Shown here: in pieces, positions 39,401 to 53,043 of the stretch
How positions within the stretch are numbered: the first letter of the stretch is position 1
How the letters are laid out: each line of letters opens with the position of its first letter
Source: the human T2T-CHM13v2.0 reference genome, Homo sapiens
Assembly (NCBI RefSeq): GCF_009914755.1
Contig: NC_060935.1
Strand: one strand, 5' to 3'
DNA length: 64,000 bases
The notes under the pieces: model-generated
Told to the model about the DNA's origin: nothing
Database searches by the model: none
What the model saw: only the letters and a program-made list of their open reading frames with translations
Position numbers and translations under genes: made by a program

Positions 39401-42400
39401 CCTACTGTAGTAAAGGAAATTACTTCATCTAAAAACCAAACGGAAGCATTCACAGACAATTCTTAGTGATCATTGGATTGAACTAACAGAGCTGAACATT
39501 CCTTTAGATGGAGCAGTTTCCAAACCCACTTTCTGTAGAATCTGCAAGTGGATATTTGGACTTCTCTGAGGATTTCGTTGGAAAGGGGATAAACTTCCCA
39601 GAACTACACGGAAGCATTGTGAGAAACTTCTTTGTGATGTTTGCATTCAACTCACAGAGTTGAACCTTGCTTTCATAGTTCAGCTTTCAAACACTCTTTT
39701 TGTAGAATCTGCAAGTGGATATTTGGACCACTTTGTGGCCTTCCTTCGAAACGGGTATATCTTCCCATCAAACCTAGACAGAAGCATTCTCAGAATGTTT
39801 CCTGTGATGACTGCATTCAACTCACAGAGGTGAACAATCCTGTTGATGGAGCACTTTTGAAACTCTCTTTCTTTGGATTCTGCAATTTGATTTGTGGACC
39901 TCTGTGAAGATTTCGTTGGAAACGGGTTCATCTTCACAGAAAAACTAAACAGAAGCATTCTCAGAAACTACTTTGTGATGTTTGTGTTCCACTTCAAGAA
40001 TTGAACTTTCCTCTTGACAGAGTAGCTCTGAAACCCTCTTTTTCTAGAATCTGCAAGTGGACATTTGGAGGGCTTTGTGGCCTGTGGTGGAAAAGGAAAA
40101 TCTTCACATAAAAACTAGATGGAAGCATTCTCAGAAACTACTTTGTGATGATTGCATTCGACTCACAGAGTTGAACATTCCTATAGATAGTGCAGGTTGT
40201 AAACAATCTTTTTGTAGAATCTGCGATTGGAGATGTGGACTGCTTTGAGGCCTACTGTAGTAAAGGAAATTACTTCATCTAAAAACCAAACGGAAGCATT
40301 CACAGACAATTCTTAGTGATCATTGGATTGAACTAACAGAGCTGAACATTCCTTTAGATGGAGAAGTTTCCAAACCCACTTTCTGTAGAATCTGCAAGTG
40401 GATATTTGGACTTCTCTGAGGATTTCGTTGGAAACAGGATAAACTTCCCAGAACTACACGGAAGCATTCTGAGAAACTTCTTTGTGATGTTTTCATTCAA
40501 CTCACAGAGTTGAACCTTGCTTTCATAGTTCAGCTTTCAAACACTCTTTTTGTAGAATCTGCAAGTGGATATTTGGACCACTTTGTGGCCTTCCTTCGAA
40601 ACGGGTATATCTTCCCATCAAACCTAGACAGAAGCATTCTCAGAATGTTTCCTGTGATGACTGCATTCAACTCTCAGAGGTGAACAATCCTGTTGATGGA
40701 GCACTTTTGAAACTCTCTTTCTTTGGATTCTGCAAGTTGATATGTGGACCTCTGTGAAGATTTCTTTGGAAACGGGTTCATCTTCACAGAAAAACTAAAC
40801 AGAAGCATTCTCAGAAACTGCTTTGTGATGTTTGTGTTCCACTTCAAGAATTGAACTTTCCTCTTGACAGAGCAGCTCTGAAACCCTCTTTTTCTAGAAT
40901 CTGCAAGTGGACATTTGGAGGGCTTTGAGGCCTGTGGTGGAAAAGGAAAATCTTCACATAAAAACTAGATGGAAGCATTCTCAGAAACTACTTTGTGATG
41001 ATTGCATTCGACTCACAGAGTTGAACATTCCTATAGATAGAGCAGGTTGTAAACAATCTTTTTGTAGAATCTGCGATTGGAGATTTGGACTGCTTTGAGG
41101 CCTACTGTAGTAAAGGAAATAACTTCATCTAAAAACCAAACGGAAGCATTCACAGACAATTCTTAGTGATCATTGCATTGAACTAACAGAGGTGAACATT
41201 CCTTTAGATGGCGCAGTTTCCAAACACACTTTCTGTAGAATCTGCAAGTGGATATTTGGACTTCTCTGAGGATTTCGTTGGAAAAGGGATAAACTTCCCA
41301 GAACTACACGGAAGCATTGTGAGAAACTTCTTTGTGATGTTTGCATTCAACTCACAGAGTTGAACCTTGCTTTCATAGTTCAGCTTTCAAACACTCTTTT
41401 TGTAGAATCTGCAAGTGGATATTTGGACCACTTTGTGGCCTTCCTTTGAAACGGGTATATCTTCACATCAAACCTAGACAGAAGCATTCTCAGAATGTTT
41501 CCTGTGATGACTGCATTCAACTCACAGAGGTGAACAATCCTGTTGATGGAGCACTTTTGAAACTCTCTTTCTTTGGATTCTGCAAGTTGATATGTGGACC
41601 TCTGTGAAGATTTCGTTGGAAACGGGTTCATCTTCACAGAAAAACTAAACAGAAGCATTCTCAGAAACTACTTTGTGATGTTTGTGTTCCACTTCAAGAA
41701 TTGAACTTTCCTCTTGACAGAGCAGCTCTGAAACCCTCTTTTTCTAGAATCTGCAAGTGGACATTTGGAGGGCTTTGAGGCCTGTGGTGGAAAAGGAAAA
41801 TCTTCACATAAAAACTAGATGGAAGCATTCTCAGAAACTACTTTGTGATGATTGCATTCGACTCACAGAGTTGAACATTCCTATAGATAGAGCAGGTTGT
41901 AAACAATCTTTTTGTAGAATCTGCGATTGGAGATTTGGACTGCTTTGAGGCCTACTGTAGTAAAGGAAGTAACTTCATCTAAAAACCAAACGGAAGCATT
42001 CACAGACAATTGTTAGTGATCATTGCATTGAACTAACAGAGCTGAACATTCCTTTAGATGGCGCAGTTTCCAAACACACTTTCTGTAGAATGTGCAAGTG
42101 GATATTTGGACCTCTCTGAGGATTTCGTTGGAAACGGGATAAACTTCCCAGAACTACACGGAAGCATTCTGAGAAACTTCTTTGTGATATTTGCATTCAA
42201 CTCACAGAGTTGAACCTTGCTTTCATAGTTCAGCTTTCAAACACTCTTTTTGTAGAATCTGCAAGTGGATATTTTGACCACTTAGTGGCCTTCCTTCGAA
42301 ACGGGTATATCTTCACATCAAACCTAGACAGAAGCATTCTCAGAATGTTTCCTGTGATGACTGCATTCAACTCACAGAGGTGAACAATCCTGCTGATGGA

Positions 42401-45400
42401 GCAGTTTTGAAACTCTCTTTCTTTGGATTCTGCAAGTGGATATGTGGACCTCTGTGAAGATTTCGTTGGAAACGGGTTCATCTTCACAGAAAAACTAAAC
42501 AGAAGCATTCTCAGAAACTGCTTTGTGATGTTTGTGTTCCACTTCAGGAATTGAACTTTCCTCTTGACAGAGCAGCTCTGAAACCCTCTTTTTCTAGAAT
42601 CTGCAAGTGGACATTTGGAGGGCTTTGAGGCCTGTGGTGGAAAAGGAAAATCGTCACATAAAAACTTTATGGAAGCATTCTCAGAAACTTCTTTGTGATG
42701 ATTGCATTCGACTCACAGAGTTGAACATTCCTATAGATAGAGCAGGTTGTAAACAATCTTTTTGTAGAATCTGCGATTGGAGATTTGGACTGCTTTGAGG
42801 CCTGCTGTAGTAAAGGAAATTACTTCATCTAAAAACCAAACGGAAGCATTCACAGACAATTCTTAGTGATCATTGCATTGAACTAACAGAGCTGAACATT
42901 CCTTTAGATGGAGCAGTTTCCAAACCCACTTTCTGTAGAATCTGCAAGTGGATATTTGGACTTCTCTGAGGATTTCGTTGGAAACGGGATAAACTTCCCA
43001 GAACTACACGGAAGCATTGTGAGAAACTTCTTTGTGATGTTTGCATTCAACTCACAGAGTTGAACCTTGCTTTCATGGTTCAGCTTTCAAACACTCTTTT
43101 TGTAGAATCTGCAAGTGGATATTTGGACCACTTTGTGGCCTTCCTTCGAAACGGGTATATCTTCACATCAAACCTAGACAGAAGCATTCTCAGAATGTTT
43201 CCTGTGATGACTGCATTCAACTCACAGAGGTGAATAATCCTGTTGATGGAGCACTTTTGAAACTCTCTTTCTTTGGATTCTGCAAGTTGATATGTGGACC
43301 TCTGTGAAGATTTCGTTGGAAACGGGTTCATCTTCACAGAAAAACTAAACAGAAGCATTCTCAGAAACTGCTTTGTGATGTTTGTGTTCCACTTCAGGAA
43401 TTGAACTTTCCTCTTGACAGAGCAGCTCTGAAACCCTCTTATTCTAGAATCTGCAAGTGGACATTTGGAGGGCTTTGAGGCCTGTGGTGGAAAAGGAAAA
43501 TCTTCACATAAAAACTAGATGGAAGCATTCTCAGAAACTACTTTGTGATGATTGCATTCGACTCACAGAGTTGAACATTCCTATAGATAGAGCAGGTTGT
43601 AAACAATCTTTTTGTAGAATCTGCGATTGGAGATTTGGACTGCTTTGAGGCCTACTGTAGTAAAGGAAATAACTTCATCTAAAAACCAAACGGAAGCATT
43701 CACAGACAATTCTTAGTGATCATTGCATTGAACTAACAGAGCTGAACATTCCTTTAGATGGCGCAGTTTCCAAACCCACTTTCTGTAGAATCTGCAAGTG
43801 GATATTTGGACTTCTCTGAGGATTTCGTTGGAAACGGGATAAACTTCCCAGAACTACACGGAAGCATTGTGAGAAACTTCTTTGTGATGTTTGCATTCAA
43901 CTCACAGAGTTGAAACTTGCTTTCATAGTTCAGCTTTCAAACACTCTTTTTGTAGAATCTGCAAGTGGATATTTGGACCACTTTGTGGCCTTCCTTCGAA
44001 ACGGGTATATCTTCACATCAAACCTAGACATAAGCATTCTCAGAATGTTTCCTGTGAAGACTGCATTCAACTCACAGAGATGAACAATCCTGTTGATGGA
44101 GCACTTTGGAAACTCTCTTTCTTTGGATTCTGCAAGTTGATATGTGGACCTCTGTGAAGATTTCGTTGGAAACGGGTTCATCTTCACAGAAAAACTAAAC
44201 AGAAGCATTCTCAAAAACTACTTTGTGATGTTTGTGTTCCACTTCAAGAATTGAACTTTCCTCTTGACAGAGCAGTTCTGAAAACCTCTTTTTCTAGAAT
44301 CTGCAAGTGGACATTTGGAGGGCTTTGAGGCCTGTGGTGGAAAAGGAAAATCTTCACATAAAAACTAGATGGAAGCATTCTCAGAAACTACTTTGTGATG
44401 ATTGCATTCGACTCACAGAGTTGAACATTCCTATAGATAGAGCAGGTTGTAAACAATCTTTTTGTAGAATCTGCGATTGGAGATTTGGATTGCTTTGAGG
44501 CCTACTGTAGTAAAGGAAATAACTTCATCTAAAAACCAAACGGAAGCATTCACAGAAAATTCTTAGTGATCATTGCATTGAACTAACAGAGGTGAACATT
44601 CCTTTAGATGGCGCAGTTTCCAAACACACTTTCTGTAGAATCTGCAAGTGGATATTTGGACCTCTCTGAGGATTTCGTTGGAAACGGGATAAACTTCCCA
44701 GAACTACACGGAAGCATTGTGAGAAACTTCTTTGTGATGTTTGCATTCAACTCACAGAGTTGAACCTTGCTTTCATAGTTCAGCTTTCAAACACTCTTTT
44801 TGTAGAATCTGCAAGTGGATATTTGGACCACTTTGTGGCCTTCCTTCGAAACGGGTATATCTTCACATCAAACCTAGACAGAAGCATTCTCAGAATGTTT
44901 CCTGTGATGACTGCATTCAACTCACAGAGGTGAACAATCCTGCTGATGGAGCAGTTTTGAAACTCTCTTTCTTTGGATTCTGCAAGTGGATATGTGGACC
45001 TCTGTGAAGATTTCGTTGGAAACGGGTTCATCTTCACAGAAAAACTAAACAGGAGCATTCTCAGAAACTGCTTTGTGATGTTTTTGTTCCACTTTAAGAA
45101 TTGAACTTTCCTCTTGACAGAGCAGCTCTGAAACCCTCTTATTCTAGAATCTGCAAGTGGACATTTGGAGGGCTTTGAGGCCTGTGGTGGAAAAGGAAAA
45201 TCTTCACATAAAAACTAGATGGAAGCATTCTCAGAAACTACTTTGTGATGATTGCATTCGACGCACAGAGTTGAACATTCCTATAGATAGAGCAGGTTGT
45301 AAACAATCTTTTTGTAGAATCTGCGATTGGAGATTTGGACTGCTTTGAGGCCTACTGTAGTAAAGGAAATAACTTCATCTAAAAACCAAACGGAAGCATT

Positions 45401-46755
45401 CACAGACAATTCTTAGTGATCATTGCATTGAACTAACAGAGCTGAACATTCCTTTAGATGGCGCAGTTTCCAAACACACTTTCTGTAGAATCTGCAAGTG
45501 GATATTTGGACTTCTCTGAGGATTTCGTTGAAAACGGGATAAACTTCCCAGAACTACACGGAAGCATTGTGAGAAACTTCTTTGTGATGTTTGCATTCAA
45601 CTCACAGAGTTGAAACTTGCTTTCATAGTTCAGCTTTCAAACACTCTTTTTGTAGAATCTGCAAGTGGATATTTGGACCACTTTGTGGCCTTCCTTCGAA
45701 ACGGGTATATCTTCACATCAAACCTAGACATAAGCATTCTCAGAATGTTTCCTGTGAAGACTGCATTCAACTCACAGAGATGAACAATCCTGTTGATGGA
45801 GCACTTTGGAAACTCTCTTTCTTTGGATTCTGCAAGTTGATATGTGGACCTCTGTGAAGATTTCGTTGGAAACGGGTTCATCTTCACAGAAAAACTAAAC
45901 AGAAGCATTCTCAAAAACTACTTTGTGATGTTTGTGTTCCACTTCAAGAATTGAACTTTCCTCTTGACAGAGCAGTTCTGAAAACCTCTTTTTCTAGAAT
46001 CTGCAAGTGGACATTTGGAGGGCTTTGAGGCCTGTGGTGGAAAAGGAAAATCTTCACATAAAAACTAGATGGAAGCATTCTCAGAAACTACTTTGTGATG
46101 ATTGCATTCGACTCACAGAGTTGAACATTCCTATAGATAGAGCAGGTTGTAAACAATCTTTTTGTAGAATCTGCGATTGGAGATTCGGACTGCTTTGAGG
46201 CCTACTGTAGTAAAGGAAATAACTTCATCTAAAAACCAAACGGAAGCATTCACAGACAATTCTTAGTGATCATTGCATTGAACTAACAGAGCTGAACATT
46301 CCTTTACATGGCGCAGTTTCCAAACACACTTTCTGTAGAATCTGCAAGTGGATATTTGGACCTCTCTGAGGATTTCGTTGGAAACGGGATAAACTTCCCA
46401 GAAGTACACGGAAGCATGCTGAGAAACTTCTTTGTGATGTTTGCATTCAACTCACAGAGTTGAACCTTGCTTTCATAGTTCAGCTTTCAAACACTCTTTT
46501 TGTAGAATCTGCAAGTGGATATTTGGACCACTTTGTGGCCTTCCTTCGAAACGGGTATATCTTCACATCAAACCTAGACAGAAGCATTCTCAGAATGTTT
46601 CCTGTGATGACTGCATTCAACTCACAGAGGTGAACAATCCTGCTGATGGAGCAGTTTTGAAACTCTCTTTCTTTGGATTCTGCAAGTGGATATGTGGACC
46701 TCTGTGAAGATTTCGTTGGAAACGGGTTCATCTTCACAGAAAAACTAAACAGAAG

Positions 46756-47435
46756 CATTCTCAGAAACTACTTTGTGATGATTGCATTCGACTCACAGAG
46801 TTGAACATTCCTATAGATAGAGCAGGTTGTAAACAATCTTTTTGTAGAATCTGCGATTGGAGATTTGGACTGCTTTGAGGCCTACTGTAGTAAAGGAAAT
46901 AACTTCATCTAAAAACCAAACGGAAGCATTTACAGACAATTCTTAGTGATCATTGGATTGAACTAACAGAGCTGAACATTCCTTTAGATGGAGCAGTTTC
47001 CAAACCCACTTTCTGTAGAATCTGCAAGTGGATATTTGGACTTCTCTGAGGATTTCGTTGGAAACGGGATAAACTTCCCAGAACTACAGGGAAGCATTGT
47101 GAGAAACATCTTTGTGATGTTTGCATTCAACTCACAGAGTTGAACCTTGCTTTCATAGTTCAGCTTTCAAACACTCTTTTTGTAGAATCTGCAAGTGGAT
47201 ATTTGGACCACTTTGTGGCCTTCCTTCGAAACGGGTATATCTTCACATCAAACCTAGACAGAAGCATTCTCAGAATGTTTCCTGTGATGACTGCATTCAA
47301 CTCACAGAGGTGAACAATCCTGTTGATGGAGCACTTTTGAAACTCTCTTTCTTTGGATTCTGCAAGTGGATATGTGGACCTCTGTGAAGATTTCGTTGGA
47401 AACGGGTTCATCTTCACAGAAAAACTAAACAGAAA
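46756..47435 (+). repeat. Structural-variant 4-mer HOR (680 bp, W4 missing), copy 1
   Basis: The W3 end AAAACTAAACAGAAGCATTC runs straight into the W5 body TTTGTGATGATTGCATTCGACTC. ORF spacing 46441 to 47121 is 680 bp. Confidence 0.95.
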
Positions 47436-49985
47436 CATTCTCAGAAACTGCTTTGTGATGTTTGTGTTCCACTTCAGGAATTGAACTTTCCTCTTGACAG
47501 AGCAGCTCTGAAACCCTCTTATTCTAGAATCTGCAAGTGGACATTTGGAGGGCTTTGAGGCCTGTGGTGGAAAAGGAAAATCTTCACATAAAAACTAGAT
47601 GGAAGCATTCTCAGAAACTACTTTGTGATGATTGAATTCGATTCACAGAGTTGAACATTCCTATAGATAGAGCAGGTTGTAAACAATCTTTTTGTAGAAT
47701 CTGCGATTGGAGATTTGGACTGCTTTGAGGCCTACTGTAGTAAAGGAAATAACTTCATCTAAAAACCAAACGGAAGCATTCACAGACAATTCTTAGTGAT
47801 CATTGGATTGAACTAACAGAGCTGAACATTCCTTTAGATGGCGCAGTTTCCAAACACACTTTCTGTAGAATCTGCAAGTGGATATTTGGACTTCTCTGAG
47901 GATTTCGTTGGAAACGGGATAAACTTCCCAGAACTACACGGAAGCATTGTGAGAAACTTCTTTGTGATGTTTGCATTCAACTCACAGAGTTGAACCTTGC
48001 TTTCATAGTTCAGCTTTCAAACACTCTTTTTGTAGAATCTGCAAGTGGATATTTGGACCACTTTGTGGCCTTCCTTCGAAACGGGTATATCTTCACATCA
48101 AACCTAGACAGAAGCATTCTCAGAATGTTTCCTGTGATGACTGCATTCAACTCACAGAGGTGAACAATCCTGCTGATGGAGCAGTTTTGAAACTCTCTTT
48201 CTTTGGATTCTGCAAGTGGATATGTGGACCTCTGTGAAGATTTCGTTGGAAACGGGTTCATCTTCACAGAAAAACTAAACAGGAGCATTCTCAGAAACTG
48301 CTTTGTGATGTTTTTGTTCCACTTTAAGAATTGAACTTTCCTCTTGACAGAGCAGCTCTGAAACCCTCTTATTCTAGAATCTGCAAGTGGACATTTGGAG
48401 GGCTTTGAGGCCTGTGGTGGAAAAGGAAAATCTTCACATAAAAACTAGATGGAAGCATTCTCAGAAACTACTTTGTGATGATTGCATTCGACGCACAGAG
48501 TTGAACATTCCTATAGATAGAGCAGGTTGTAAACAATCTTTTTGTAGAATCTGCGATTGGAGATTTGGACTGCTTTGAGGCCTACTGTAGTAAAGGAAAT
48601 AACTTCATCTAAAAACCAAACGGAAGCATTCACAGACAATTCTTAGTGATCATTGCATTGAACTAACAGAGCTGAACATTCCTTTAGATGGCGCAGTTTC
48701 CAAACACACTTTCTGTAGAATCTGCAAGTGGATATTTGGACTTCTCTGAGGATTTCGTTGAAAACGGGATAAACTTCCCAGAACTACACGGAAGCATTGT
48801 GAGAAACTTCTTTGTGATGTTTGCATTCAACTCACAGAGTTGAAACTTGCTTTCATAGTTCAGCTTTCAAACACTCTTTTTGTAGAATCTGCAAGTGGAT
48901 ATTTGGACCACTTTGTGGCCTTCCTTCGAAACGGGTATATCTTCACATCAAACCTAGACATAAGCATTCTCAGAATGTTTCCTGTGAAGACTGCATTCAA
49001 CTCACAGAGATGAACAATCCTGTTGATGGAGCACTTTGGAAACTCTCTTTCTTTGGATTCTGCAAGTTGATATGTGGACCTCTGTGAAGATTTCGTTGGA
49101 AACGGGTTCATCTTCACAGAAAAACTAAACAGAAGCATTCTCAAAAACTACTTTGTGATGTTTGTGTTCCACTTCAAGAATTGAACTTTCCTCTTGACAG
49201 AGCAGTTCTGAAAACCTCTTTTTCTAGAATCTGCAAGTGGACATTTGGAGGGCTTTGAGGCCTGTGGTGGAAAAGGAAAATCTTCACATAAAAACTAGAT
49301 GGAAGCATTCTCAGAAACTACTTTGTGATGATTGCATTCGACTCACAGAGTTGAACATTCCTATAGATAGAGCAGGTTGTAAACAATCTTTTTGTAGAAT
49401 CTGCGATTGGAGATTCGGACTGCTTTGAGGCCTACTGTAGTAAAGGAAATAACTTCATCTAAAAACCAAACGGAAGCATTCACAGACAATTCTTAGTGAT
49501 CATTGCATTGAACTAACAGAGCTGAACATTCCTTTACATGGCGCAGTTTCCAAACACACTTTCTGTAGAATCTGCAAGTGGATATTTGGACCTCTCTGAG
49601 GATTTCGTTGGAAACGGGATAAACTTCCCAGAAGTACACGGAAGCATGCTGAGAAACTTCTTTGTGATGTTTGCATTCAACTCACAGAGTTGAACCTTGC
49701 TTTCATAGTTCAGCTTTCAAACACTCTTTTTGTAGAATCTGCAAGTGGATATTTGGACCACTTTGTGGCCTTCCTTCGAAACGGGTATATCTTCACATCA
49801 AACCTAGACAGAAGCATTCTCAGAATGTTTCCTGTGATGACTGCATTCAACTCACAGAGGTGAACAATCCTGCTGATGGAGCAGTTTTGAAACTCTCTTT
49901 CTTTGGATTCTGCAAGTGGATATGTGGACCTCTGTGAAGATTTCGTTGGAAACGGGTTCATCTTCACAGAAAAACTAAACAGAAG

Positions 49986-50665
49986 CATTCTCAGAAACTA
50001 CTTTGTGATGATTGCATTCGACTCACAGAGTTGAACATTCCTATAGATAGAGCAGGTTGTAAACAATCTTTTTGTAGAATCTGCGATTGGAGATTTGGAC
50101 TGCTTTGAGGCCTACTGTAGTAAAGGAAATAACTTCATCTAAAAACCAAACGGAAGCATTTACAGACAATTCTTAGTGATCATTGGATTGAACTAACAGA
50201 GCTGAACATTCCTTTAGATGGAGCAGTTTCCAAACCCACTTTCTGTAGAATCTGCAAGTGGATATTTGGACTTCTCTGAGGATTTCGTTGGAAACGGGAT
50301 AAACTTCCCAGAACTACAGGGAAGCATTGTGAGAAACATCTTTGTGATGTTTGCATTCAACTCACAGAGTTGAACCTTGCTTTCATAGTTCAGCTTTCAA
50401 ACACTCTTTTTGTAGAATCTGCAAGTGGATATTTGGACCACTTTGTGGCCTTCCTTCGAAACGGGTATATCTTCACATCAAACCTAGACAGAAGCATTCT
50501 CAGAATGTTTCCTGTGATGACTGCATTCAACTCACAGAGGTGAACAATCCTGTTGATGGAGCACTTTTGAAACTCTCTTTCTTTGGATTCTGCAAGTGGA
50601 TATGTGGACCTCTGTGAAGATTTCGTTGGAAACGGGTTCATCTTCACAGAAAAACTAAACAGAAA
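49986..50665 (+). repeat. Structural-variant 4-mer HOR (680 bp), copy 2
   Basis: It has the same junction. ORF spacing 49671 to 50351 is 680 bp. Confidence 0.95.
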
Positions 50666-52363
50666 CATTCTCAGAAACTGCTTTGTGATGTTTGTGTTCC
50701 ACTTCAGGAATTGAACTTTCCTCTTGACAGAGCAGCTCTGAAACCCTCTTATTCTAGAATCTGCAAGTGGACATTTGGAGGGCTTTGAGGCCTGTGGTGG
50801 AAAAGGAAAATCTTCACATAAAAACTAGATGGAAGCATTCTCAGAAACTACTTTGTGATGATTGAATTCGATTCACAGAGTTGAACATTCCTATAGATAG
50901 AGCAGGTTGTAAACAATCTTTTTGTAGAATCTGCGATTGGAGATTTGGACTGCTTTGAGGCCTACTGTAGTAAAGGAAATAACTTCATCTAAAAACCAAA
51001 CGGAAGCATTCACAGACAATTCTTAGTGATCATTGGATTGAACTAACAGAGCTGAACATTCCTTTAGATGGCGCAGTTTCCAAACACACTTTCTGTAGAA
51101 TCTGCAAGTGGATATTTGGACTTCTCTGAGGATTTCGTTGGAAACGGGATAAACTTCCCAGAACTACACGGAAGCATTGTGAGAAACTTCTTTGTGATGT
51201 TTGCATTCAACTCACAGAGTTGAACCTTGCTTTCATAGTTCAGCTTTCAAACACTCTTTTTGTAGAATCTGCAAGTGGATATTTGGACCACTTTGTGGCC
51301 TTCCTTCGAAACGGGTATATCTTCACATCAAACCTAGACATAAGCATTCTCAGAATGTTTCCTGTGAAGACTGCATTCAACTCACAGAGATGAACAATCC
51401 TGTTGATGGAGCACTTTGGAAAATCTTTCTTTGGATTCTGCAAGTTGATATGTGGACCTCTGTGAAGATTTCATTGGAAACGGGTTCATCTTCACAGAAA
51501 AACTAAACAGAAGCATTCTCAAAACCTACTTTGTGATGTTTGTGTTCCACTTCAAAAATTGAACTTTCCTCTTGACAGAGCAGCTCTGAAAACCTCTTTT
51601 TCTAGAATCTGCAAGTGGACATTTGGAGGGCTTTGAGGCCTGTGGTTGAAAAGGAAAATCTTCACATAAAAACTAGATGGAAGCATTCTCAGAAACTACT
51701 TTGTGATGATTGCATTCGACTCACAGAGTTGAACATTCCTATAGATAGAGCAGGTTGTAAACAATCTTTTTGTAGAATCTGCGATTGGAGATTCGGACTG
51801 CTTTGAGGCCTACTGTAGTAAAGGAAATAACTTCATCTAAAAACCAAACGGAAGCATTCACAGACAATTCTTAGTGATCATTGCATTGAACTAACAGAGC
51901 TGAACATTCCTTTACATGGCGCAGTTTCCAAACACACTTTCTGTAGAATCTGCAAGTGGATATTTGGACCTCTCTGAGGATTTCGTTGGAAACGGGATAA
52001 ACTTCCCAGAACTACACGGAAGCATGCTGAGAAACTTCTTTGTGATGTTTGCATTCAACTCACAGAGTTGAACCTTGCTTTCATAGTTCAGCTTTCAAAC
52101 ACTCTTTTTGTAGAATCTGCAAGTGGATATTTGGACCACTTTGTGGCCTTCCTTCGAAACGGGTATATCTTCACATCAAACCTAGACAGAAGCATTCTCA
52201 GAATGTTTCCTGTGATGACTGCATTCAACTCACAGAGGTGAACAATTCTGCTGATGGAGCAGTTTTGAAACTCTCTTTCTTTGGATTCTGCAAGTGGATA
52301 TGTGGACCTCTGTGAAGATTTCGTTGGAAACGGGTTCATCTTCACAGAAAAACTAAACAGAAG

Positions 52364-53043
52364 CATTCTCAGAAACTACTTTGTGATGATTGCATTCGAC
52401 TCACAGAGTTGAACATTCCTATAGATAGAGCAGGTTGTAAACAATCTTTTTGTAGAATCTGCGATTGGAGATTTGGACTGCTTTGAGGCCTACTGTAGTA
52501 AAGGAAATAACTTCATCTAAAAACCAAACGGAAGCATTTACAGACAATTCTTAGTGATCATTGGATTGAACTAACAGAGCTGAACATTCCTTTAGATGGA
52601 GCAGTTTCCAAACCCACTTTCTGTAGAATCTGCAAGTGGATATTTGGACTTCTCTGAGGATTTCGTTGGAAACGGGATAAACTTCCCAAAACTACACGGA
52701 AGCATTGTGAGAAACTTCTTTGTGATGTTTGCATTCAACTCACAGAGTTGAACCTTGCTTTCATAGTTCAGCTTTCAAACACTCTTTTTGTAGAATCTGC
52801 AAGTGGATATTTGGACCACTTTGTGGCCTTCCTTCGAAACGGGTATATCTTCACATCAAACCTAGACAGAAGCATTCTCAGAATGTTTCCTGTGATGACT
52901 GCATTCAACTCACAGAGGTGAACAATCCTGTTGATGGAGCACTTTTGAAACTCTCTTTCTTTGGATTCTGCAAGTGGATATGTGGACCTCTGTGAAGATT
53001 TCGTTGGAAACGGGTTCATCTTCACAGAAAAACTAAACAGAAA
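52364..53043 (+). repeat. Structural-variant 4-mer HOR (680 bp), copy 3
   Basis: It has the same junction. ORF spacing 52049 to 52729 is 680 bp. Confidence 0.95.

Larger units (their letters stand above)
44663..51340 (+). repeat. Tandem super-repeat of 19 monomers (3 pentamers + one 4-mer), period 3230 bp, ~2.07 copies
   Basis: Shared markers are CGACGCACAG at ~45259/48489, GTTGAAAACGGG at ~45527/48757, GAAGTACACG at 46401/49631, the 4-mer junction at 46752/49982 and EcoRI at 47634/50864. Confidence 0.92.

Noticed and set aside
45523-45539. Variant CENP-B boxes TTTCGTTGAAAACGGGA (also ~48753) and TTTCGTGGGAAACGGGA (~17476) as box losses
   Set aside because: The changes are at non-core positions and the 9 essential bases are intact, so they were not counted as dead boxes.
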